A DNA stretch of 64,000 bases from Myxococcota bacterium (lineage in GTDB: Bacteria > Myxococcota_A > UBA9160 > UBA6930), in the NCBI GenBank assembly GCA_965223415.1, contig OZ245002.1, positions 5,568,001 to 5,632,000 on the forward strand, given 5' to 3'. Shown here piece by piece: positions 17,940 through 25,311 of the stretch. The notes beneath the pieces are model-generated. The model was not told the origin of the DNA. It did not search any database and was given only the letters and a program-made list of their open reading frames with translations. How positions within the stretch are numbered: position 1 is the first letter of the stretch; each line of letters opens with the position of its first letter. Both the position numbers and the translations under genes were made by a program.

Positions 17940-19435
17940 GGCCCCAGAGGGCGGCCTGACGGCCGTGCTCTCCTTCGGAGAGCGGAAGAGAAGAAGGAAG
18001 AACCGAACATCAACCCAGGGGGGTGCGCAAAACTAGCCGTCCTCTTAGCGCGCAAGAGATGACGTCCCTCGACAAGCAAAAGCGGCCAAAGAGGCGTCCA
18101 CCGATCCGGCCTGGCCGCCGATGCCGGGCCGGAGCCCCCAGGCCAGCGCCTGCGAGCCCTACCGCGAGTGGATCGAGGCGGGCGTGCGCCAGGGCCGGAC
18201 GGCGATGGCGATCTGGCAGGACCTGGTCGATGACCACGGCTTCGCCTTCAGCTATGCGAGTGTGAAGCGCTTCGTGGCGAAGCAGCGAGCCGCGGCGCCG
18301 CGCGAGGCGCACCCGGTGATCGAGACGGCACCGGGAGAAGAGGGCCAGGTCGACTACGGCGACGGGCCGATGGTGCGGCATCCCGGGTCGGGGAAGTACC
18401 GGCGCACGAGGCTGTTCGTCTTCACCCTGGGCTACAGCCGCAAGTGCGTTCGGCTGCTCGTGTGGAAGTCGAGCAGCCAGGTCTGGTCGGAGCTGCACGA
18501 GAAGGCCTTCCGCCGGCTGGGCGGTGCACCGCGCACCGTCGTCCTCGACAACCTCAAGGAGGGCGTTCTCAAGCCCGACGTCTACGACCCCGCGCTCAAC
18601 CCCCTCTACCGCGATGTGCTCGCCCACTACGGCGTGACGGCGCTTCCGTGCCGGGTGCGCCACCCCGATCGCAAGGGGAAGGTCGAGTCCGGGGTGCGCC
18701 ACGCGCAGCAGAAGGTCCGCGGGATGCGCTTCGAGTCGCTCGAGCAGGCCCAGGCCTACCTCGACCGCTGGGAGCGCCGGTGGGCCGACACCCGCATCCA
18801 CGGCACGACCAAGCGCCAGGTGGCGGCGATGTACGAAGAGGAGAAGCCGCACCTGCTCGGGCTTCCCATCGAGCCCTTCCGCTACTACCAGCACGGCGAG
18901 CGCACGGTGCACCTCGACGGGGCCATCGAGGTGGAGGGGGCCTACTACCACGCGCCGCCGGGCTGGCTGGGGCGGCGGGTGGCCGTCCAATGGGACGGGC
19001 TGCGGGTGCGGATGCTCGATCTGCAGACGGGGGAGCTGCTGCGCGAGCACGTCCGCCAGAGGCGGGGGCGCCGCAGGATGCGGGAGGAGGACCGCCCGAA
19101 GCGGACGCCGGCCACGACCCTCCAGCTGCTCGCGCGGGCCCGGCGGGCCGGCGCCCACGTGGGCGAGGTGTGTGAGGCGATCCATCGCCTGGACGGCGAG
19201 CCCGGGGTGCGCCGCATCCTGGGCGTGCTCTCCCTGTGCAAGCGCCACGGCATCCCTCGCGTCGACGATGCCTGCGCCACCGCCCTGGCCCTCGAGCTGC
19301 CCACCTACGCGTTCGTCAAGCGCTACCTGGAGCGTCAGCCCGAGCTGCCGCTCTCGCTCAAGCAGGTGGACCCGCTCATCCGCCAGCTCACCCACTACCG
19401 CGATCTCATCGATCGCCGCACCGAGGAGACCTCTC

Positions 19436-20197
19436 GTGAATCTGACTGAACTCGATCCCGCACTGCGCAAGCTCCGGCTCTCGGGCATGGCCGAGCATCT
19501 GGAGATGCGGCTCCTCGAAGCCCAGAAGGGCGAGTGGGCGGCCATCGACCTGCTCTCGGCGCTCGTCCAGGACGAGCTCGAGCGCCGGCAGGACCGACTG
19601 CTGGCCCGGCGCATCAAGCAGGCCCGCTTCCGCGACGCCAACCGGACCCTCAACGGCTTCGACTTCCGCTTCAATACGAAGATCGATCGCGCCCTGGTCT
19701 TCGAGCTCGCCACGGGCCGCTTCCTCGAGCAAGCCGAGGACGCTGTCTTCCTCGGCCCGCCGGGCACGGGCAAGAGCCATCTCGCCCAGGCGATCGGACT
19801 CGCCGTCATCCACCAGGGCCATCGCGTCGCCTACCGCGAGGTCCACGTCCTCCTCGAGGAACTCGCTGATGCGACCCTCGACGGCACCCGCAAGGAGTAC
19901 CTGGCCGAGATCGCGAGAGTGCCGCTGCTCATCCTCGACGACCTCGGCATGCGCAAGCTCCCCACCACGGCCGCCGAGGACCTCCTCGAGCTGATCATGC
20001 GCCGCTACGAGCGCACCAGCACCCTCGTCACCTCGAACCGACCCGTCGACGACTGGGGCCGGCTCCTCGGCGACACGGCAGCCGTCACCGCCATGCTCGA
20101 CCGCCTCCTCCACCACGGCCACCTGCTCAAGTGCGGACCCCGCAGCTGGCGCACCAAGAAGACCACCGCCTTGCCGAAGGAGGCCCCGGCGCGGTAG
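19436..20197 (+). CDS. istB: IS21 helper ATPase IstB (outer)
   Basis: GPPGTGKSHLA, LILDDLG, MLDRLLHH. Confidence 0.92.
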   Translation: MNLTELDPALRKLRLSGMAEHLEMRLLEAQKGEWAAIDLLSALVQDELERRQDRLLARRIKQARFRDANRTLNGFDFRFNTKIDRALVFELATGRFLEQAEDAVFLGPPGTGKSHLAQAIGLAVIHQGHRVAYREVHVLLEELADATLDGTRKEYLAEIARVPLLILDDLGMRKLPTTAAEDLLELIMRRYERTSTLVTSNRPVDDWGRLLGDTAAVTAMLDRLLHHGHLLKCGPRSWRTKKTTALPKEAPAR

Positions 20198-20923
20198 AAC
20201 CCCTCTGTCCTGGGCGCGGCCCTTTGGCCGCCTTTGAGACGTCCACCTTTGGCCGGTTTTCAGACGTCCACCGAGGATCATTGGGCGCCCAATGGCTTCG
20301 AAGCCTCGAAGGTCCCGAAGAATGTTCGACTTGATGAACCCCGGGTTCAGAGAGTTTGCCGATACGCCAGTCCCTTCGAGCTGTCGCGCGAGGTCGATGG
20401 TGAACATGTTCAGTGCGAGTTTTGCGCGCGCATAGGCTCTCGCGGGGCTGTATCCGTGCTCGAGCTGGAGGTCCTGAAAGTTGATGTGGCCGACGGCTTC
20501 CGTTGCGGACGACACGTTGACGATGCGCGCGGGCGCCGAGGACACGAGGCGGTCGAGGAGAAGATTCGTCAAGAGAAACGGTCCGAGGTAGTTGACAGCC
20601 CAATTGCGCTCGAAGCCATCGTCAGTCACGGCTCTTTCCCGAAAGTTCGCTCCGGCGCAGTTGACGAGGACGTCGATTCGCTTGGCGTAGCTCAAGACTC
20701 GTTCAGCGCACCGCCTAACGCTCTCCATCGAGAGCAAGTCGCATTGCTCGAAGGAGATGGCCCCGTCGCCAGCCGACGCGGCAGCTTCTGAAATCACTGC
20801 CTTCCCTTTGGTTTCGTCGCGGCCCAACAGGATGACGCTTGCGCCCATTCGGTAGAGAGTTCCGACGGCGACGCGGCCCATCCCGTCGGTGCCTCCGACG
20901 AAGACCACAGTCTTCCCGCCTAG

Positions 20924-22214
20924 CAGGCTGCGGAAAAACCCCGTGCGACGGGTCGAATCGGTTGGTACAGGCATACCGGGGGGATGGAGATGCGCGGAAC
21001 CGATCGAACGCAGTCCACGATGTTCAGCTACGTGTCGCCGGAGGCGCGTGTCCCCGCCGATCATCCACTGCGCGTGACGCGGGAGATGACGAATCGCGCC
21101 CTGGTCCGGCTGGACGGGAGGTTGCGGAAGCTGTACTCGCGGACGGGTCGGCCGTCGATTCCGCCCGAGCACCTGTTGCGGGCCCTGCTGCTGCAGGTGC
21201 TCTACTCGGTGCGAAGCGAGCGGATGCTGATGGAGCAGCTCGAGTACAACCTGCTGTTCCGCTGGTTCGTGGGGCTCGAGATGGACGACCGGGTCTGGGA
21301 CGTGACGGTGTTCACGAAGAATCGGGATCGGTTGCTTCGGGGAGAGATCGCGGAGGGGTTCTTTCAGGCCGTGTTGGCGGAGGCCCGCGAGGAGGGGCTT
21401 CTGTCGGACGAGCACTTCACGGTGGACGGCACGCTGATCGAGGCATGGGCGGGGCAGAAGAGCTTTCGGCCGAAGGACGAGGACCGGGGCGGCCGCGGGG
21501 GTGGACGGAAGGCGACGGAGCGGGACTTCCACGGTGAGCGTAGGAAGAACGACACGCACGCCTCGACGACGGACCCGGAGTCCCGGCTCTACCGCAAGGG
21601 GAAGGGGAAGGAAGCGAAGCTGTGCTTCATGGGCCACGTGGTGACGGAGAACCGGCATGGCCTGGTGGTGGCGGCCAAGACGACGCTGGCCACGGGCACG
21701 GCGGAGCGCGAGGCCTCGGTGGCGATGGTGAAGCGGGTGCCACGCGGACGGCGATCGACGTTGGGCGGAGACAAGGGCTACGACACGGTGTCGCATGTCG
21801 AAGAGCTTCGAGAGCTGGGCGTGACCCCGCACGTTGCGCAGAACGACAAGGGCCGCCGCAGCGCGATCGATGATCGAACGACGACGCACGTGGGCTACGA
21901 GATCAGCCAGCGCAAACGCAAGGCGATCGAGCAGGTCTTCGGCTGGGGGAAGACGGTAGGCCCGATTCGCAAGGTGAAGCATCGCGGCAAGGAGCGGGTG
22001 GGCTGGATGTTCACGTTCACCCAGGCGGCCTACAACCTTGTGAGGATGAGGAACCTGCTATGCCCCACGTAGCTTGTCGGGTCGAGTGGAGGGCCCCGTT
22101 GGCAGCGAGCCGGGCGTCAACCGGCGGCAAGGCCTCGATTCCGCGCTCCTTTCCTAGCCAAAGCGCCTCCAAGGCACCGTTCTCTGCGTACCATCGGCGT
22201 TCTTCCGCAGCCTG
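20924..22214 (+). mobile_element. IS5-family insertion sequence
   Basis: IRs CAGGCTGCGGAA / TTCCGCAGCCTG; CTAG TSD at 20920-20923 and 22215-22218. Confidence 0.92.
20990..22072 (+). CDS. IS5-family transposase
   Basis: GRPSIPPE, YSVRSER, VDGTLIEAWA, GGDKGYD, RKAIEQVFGW. Confidence 0.93.
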   Translation: MRGTDRTQSTMFSYVSPEARVPADHPLRVTREMTNRALVRLDGRLRKLYSRTGRPSIPPEHLLRALLLQVLYSVRSERMLMEQLEYNLLFRWFVGLEMDDRVWDVTVFTKNRDRLLRGEIAEGFFQAVLAEAREEGLLSDEHFTVDGTLIEAWAGQKSFRPKDEDRGGRGGGRKATERDFHGERRKNDTHASTTDPESRLYRKGKGKEAKLCFMGHVVTENRHGLVVAAKTTLATGTAEREASVAMVKRVPRGRRSTLGGDKGYDTVSHVEELRELGVTPHVAQNDKGRRSAIDDRTTTHVGYEISQRKRKAIEQVFGWGKTVGPIRKVKHRGKERVGWMFTFTQAAYNLVRMRNLLCPT

Positions 22215-22340
22215 CTAGGTCCTTGTCCGCCTCGGGAATGGCGTGTCGAGGGTCGGGCGTCCTCCTTTGTGGAAGAAGTGACGTGAGTAGGAGACGGAGG
22301 GTTCCAGGTAGGTTCAATGCAGTCCTCACAAGATGGCCGC

Positions 22341-22386
22341 GCGGAGGAAATCCTCCGCATTGTTAGCAGCGGAGAATTTCTTCCGC
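22341..22386. promoter_or_regulatory. Two putative TetR operators between divergent SDR and TetR
   Basis: GCGGAGGAAATCCTCCGC (22341-22358) and GCGGAGAATTTCTTCCGC (22369-22386). Confidence 0.65.
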
Positions 22387-22867
22387 CAGTGGCCTCTCGC
22401 CGCTAGTCTCCGGCTTCATGACCAAGCCCGAAGCCGACTCCATCGACGACAGAATCCGGTTCGCCGCTCTCCGACTGTTCAATGAAAGGGGATATGGAGC
22501 GGCAACCGTCGAAGACATCGCGCGCGTGGCGGGCGTCGGTGTCGGCACGATTTACAGGCGATGGCCGGACAAGCCTGCGCTCGCCAACGAGCTCTACACC
22601 CTCGTGCTTGAGCGAGCCGCCTCCTACGATGCCCGCCAAGGCAAAGGGCGGGGAAAGAAGGGGCGCTTCCTCGGCCTCCTGCAGTCGTTCGCCGCTTTCG
22701 CGAAGGACGAGCCAGAAATGATGCTCTTCCTCGTCGCGCAGCCGCACAACGCGTATCTGGACCCGAAGAACCGACGAAGGCAGGCGGCGAAAGACGCGGA
22801 AACCTTGCAACTGGTGAGCGAGACCGGAGTCACTGCTTCTCCCGAGTTCGCCGCTGCAATGGTCCTA

Positions 22868-24079
22868 GTGTCCTGTTTCGGAAAAAAGTACGCAAAATAG
22901 TGCGAACTCCCAACGTGCAGGGGGCATCTTACCGGCATCACGTTGGGGGGACGTATGGCGAATCGTGGCCGGCCCAAGACGCCGATTGTGCTGACGGATG
23001 CGGAGCGAGAAGAGCTCCAGACGCACGCCAGAAGGCGGAAGAGCGCGCATCAGTTGGCCTACCGCTCGCGCATTGTATTGCTCGCAGAGCAGGGGCTGAC
23101 GAATGGGGAAATCGCGGAACGCGTAGGCAAGCGACGAGAGACCGTCGGGATCTGGCGCAAGCGCTTCGTCGAAAAGCGGATCGCTGGGCTCTACGACGAG
23201 CCCAAGCCGGGAGCGCCCCGGACGGTGACCGACGAGCAGGTCGATGAGGTCGTGCGCTTGACGCTAGAGGAAACGCCCACGGGAGCGACGCACTGGTCCG
23301 TTCGCCTGATGGCGAAGCGGGTAGGCCTCCCGACGACGACGGTTCATCGCATCTGGCGAGCATTCAGCCTCCAGCCGCACCGAGTCGAGCGCTTCCGGCT
23401 CTCCAACGATCCCCATTTTGTGGACAAGGTGGTGGATATCGTCGGCCTGTACATGTCTCCGCCGGCGAACGCGGTCGTCCTCTGCGTCGACGAGAAATCG
23501 CAGATCCAAGCGCTGGAACGGAACCAGCCTGTCTTGCCGATGCAACCGGGCCGGGCGGAGCAGCGCACACACGGATACCTACGCCATGGCACGACGACAC
23601 TCTTTGCCGCACTCAACATCGCAACGGGCGAAGTGATCGGATCCCTCCATCGCCGGCACCGCACGGAGGAGTTCCTGAAGTTCCTCAGGACGATCGACGA
23701 CAACGTACCCGCCGAACTCGACATCCATCTCGTGCTCGACAACTACACCACGCACAAGACGAAGCGAACTCGGAGCTGGCTCGCGCGCCACCCTCGTTTC
23801 CACGTGCACTTCACCCCGACGTACAGCTCATGGCTGAATCAGGTCGAGCGGTTCTTTGCACTCATCACCGAGCGTTGCATCCGTCGCGGCGTGCATCGCA
23901 GCACGAGGGCGCTCGAGAACGACATCCGGAGCTTCCTGAAGACGACGAACGACGATCCGAGACCCTTCGTCTGGACCAAGACCGCGGATCAGATCCTCGC
24001 GAGTGTGCGGCGCTACTGTGGTCGCGTCCTCGACGTCCACTCCGATTCTAATCGAGTGGTTTCTTCTGGAACAGGACAC
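22868..24079 (+). mobile_element. IS630-family insertion sequence
   Basis: IRs GTGTCCTGTT / AACAGGACAC; TA duplication within a CTAG target. Confidence 0.92.
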
Positions 24080-24082
24080 TAG
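22955..24082 (+). CDS. IS630-family transposase
   Basis: [30 protein letters not shown]; stop codon supplied by the target site. Confidence 0.93.
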   Translation: MANRGRPKTPIVLTDAEREELQTHARRRKSAHQLAYRSRIVLLAEQGLTNGEIAERVGKRRETVGIWRKRFVEKRIAGLYDEPKPGAPRTVTDEQVDEVVRLTLEETPTGATHWSVRLMAKRVGLPTTTVHRIWRAFSLQPHRVERFRLSNDPHFVDKVVDIVGLYMSPPANAVVLCVDEKSQIQALERNQPVLPMQPGRAEQRTHGYLRHGTTTLFAALNIATGEVIGSLHRRHRTEEFLKFLRTIDDNVPAELDIHLVLDNYTTHKTKRTRSWLARHPRFHVHFTPTYSSWLNQVERFFALITERCIRRGVHRSTRALENDIRSFLKTTNDDPRPFVWTKTADQILASVRRYCGRVLDVHSDSNRVVSSGTGH

Positions 24083-24226
24083 GAACGATTGCTCAGTGTG
24101 TTCGGACTGGCGCCGATTTCGAAGCCGAGGACTTAGCGGAGCGGCTGTGGAGAGCGCTCTCTACGTAAAGAGCAGCCGCAGAAGGGTCAGCCCTGAGCTG
24201 CGGTTCTCACTTGACATTATGCGGCT

Positions 24227-25244
24227 CCTGCCTATCGGCTTCGCTCAGCTACCAGTCGGCGATACGGGAACGGCTCGCCCTGGACAGCGCGGTTGAGGAC
24301 GAAGCCGAAGAGCTCGCCTTCACGCCAACGCCGGTCGAAGCGATAGACGAACTCCGCGAGGTAGTGAGGGAGGTGCTTGCCGCTGACTCCGTGGAAGGTG
24401 CCCCGCAGCCAGGTCTTGAGGTTGCCGAAGACCCGGTGCACCCAGGGCAGGATCTCGGCCGACCGGTCGGGGTCCAATCCTTGGACCAGCCGTTCGTGCT
24501 GGACGCCGACCTTGGAGAGGCGGCGGTAGCCTTGGAAGCCATCGGTTCGCACCGTGGCATCGGTGGCGTCGATGACGCCGCGCACGAAGGGGCCGAGGTC
24601 GTGTTCGAAGGTGAGCCCCTCGATGACGGCAAGTCGAGCGCGACCTGCGCTGTGCTTCCGCTGCTCGACGGCTCCCGCCACGAGCGTCTTGCCCACGAGC
24701 ATGCGTCCACCCAGCAGGCCGCGTTCCGTTCCCCCCACGTAGCTCTCATCCGCCTCGACGAGGCCCGTGAGCCGATCCTCGGGGCGCGGCCCGAGGGCGG
24801 AGCGCAGCTTGTGGAGCATCGTCCAGGCTGTCTCATAGCTCCCGATCCCCGTGTCCCGTTGCAGCTGGAGCGCCGAGATTCCCTTCTTGTGGCGAGCGAG
24901 AAAGAAGATGGCCCAGAACCAGGTGAGCAACGGAACCCGGGTCGCATGGAAGATCGTCCCGGCGGTCACCGAGCACTGGTACCGGCAGCCTCGACACTGC
25001 TCGAGGCGCCGGGTCGAGATCCAACAGCTCTCTCGAGAGTCGCACCGAGGGCAAACGAAGCCCCGTGGCCACCGTACGTTTCGCAGCGCCTCCCAGCACG
25101 TTTCCTCGTCCGGGAATGTGGCCTGGAACTCCTGAAGCGTCTTCGGAAACCTCATCGCTCGGCCCTCCTCGGCTCAATCCAAGAGGAAGGTCCGATCTCT
25201 CCGTGACAGGGCCGGTCACGAGCTGAGCGAAGCCGATAGGCAGG
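24227..25244 (-). mobile_element. IS1595-family insertion sequence
   Basis: Perfect 24-bp IR CCTGCCTATCGGCTTCGCTCAGCT; 8-bp TSD ATGCGGCT (24219-24226, 25245-25252). Confidence 0.93.
24232..25155 (-). CDS. IS1595-family transposase
   Basis: Zn ribbon CPRC..CRGC, TAGTIFH, VEADESYVGG, RTDGFQGY, YLAEFVYRF. Confidence 0.93.
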   Translation of the reverse strand: MRFPKTLQEFQATFPDEETCWEALRNVRWPRGFVCPRCDSRESCWISTRRLEQCRGCRYQCSVTAGTIFHATRVPLLTWFWAIFFLARHKKGISALQLQRDTGIGSYETAWTMLHKLRSALGPRPEDRLTGLVEADESYVGGTERGLLGGRMLVGKTLVAGAVEQRKHSAGRARLAVIEGLTFEHDLGPFVRGVIDATDATVRTDGFQGYRRLSKVGVQHERLVQGLDPDRSAEILPWVHRVFGNLKTWLRGTFHGVSGKHLPHYLAEFVYRFDRRWREGELFGFVLNRAVQGEPFPYRRLVAERSR

Positions 25245-25311
25245 ATGCGGCTTATCGGACACAAACCGTTGAAATCAATGGCTTTATCAATGTCCGAGTG
25301 CGGCTCGAGCT

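Larger units (their letters stand above)
15773..18074 (+). mobile_element. IS21-family element (inner)
   Basis: TGTCG..CGACA ends with extended imperfect IRs (GCTAAGAGGAC, TTTGCGCACC); flanks GGCAAA/AGCAAA (near-perfect 6-bp TSD). Confidence 0.9.
15552..19449 (+). pseudogene. istA: Outer istA transposase, disrupted
   Basis: 15552-15772 (MANLLGNEKREQ, HTH) rejoins 18081-19449 (GQVDYG, VLDNLK, KGKVE). Confidence 0.85.
15444..20276 (+). mobile_element. IS21-family element (outer), interrupted by a second IS21
   Basis: IRs CCTCGGTGGAC with repeated AAAACCGGCCA subterminal motifs; 5-bp TSD ATCAT (15439-15443, 20277-20281). Confidence 0.9.
15243..22317 (-). pseudogene. SDR oxidoreductase (retinol dehydrogenase-like) split into three pieces by IS5 and IS21
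   Basis: Pieces 22317-22215, 20923-20277 and 15443-15243 rejoin in frame: ..DKDLGGKTVVFVGGTDGMG..NCAG..YARAK..GRPMMRFLASP..VGLAT*. Confidence 0.88.
22418..24168 (+). pseudogene. TetR family regulator interrupted by IS630
   Basis: HTH IARVAGVGVGTIYRRW; 22418-22867 rejoins 24082-24168 as AMVLGTIAQC..LWRALST*. Confidence 0.85.
24209..25262. other. Xer/dif-like site split by IS1595 (right island boundary)
   Basis: Empty site reconstructs (minus strand) as GTGTCCGATAA-gccgca-TAATGTCAAGT. Confidence 0.7.

Noticed and set aside
15773..20276. Transposon carrying Cas, TnpB or bridge-RNA targeting components
   Set aside because: Both IS21 elements contain only istA and istB; no extra ORF or long non-coding segment
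19406..21982. 858-aa apparent SDR fusion protein
   Set aside because: Chance read-through from IS5 antisense into the SDR fragment and then IS21 antisense; TSDs show the true junctions
24209..25262. The chromosomal terminus dif
   Set aside because: Gene strand bias does not flip here, ribosomal operons lie nearby, and the site is interrupted; not formally excluded without GC skew
13054..25300. Integron cassette array or prophage
   Set aside because: No integrase, no attC RYYYAAC..GTTRRRY pairs recognised, and no phage genes
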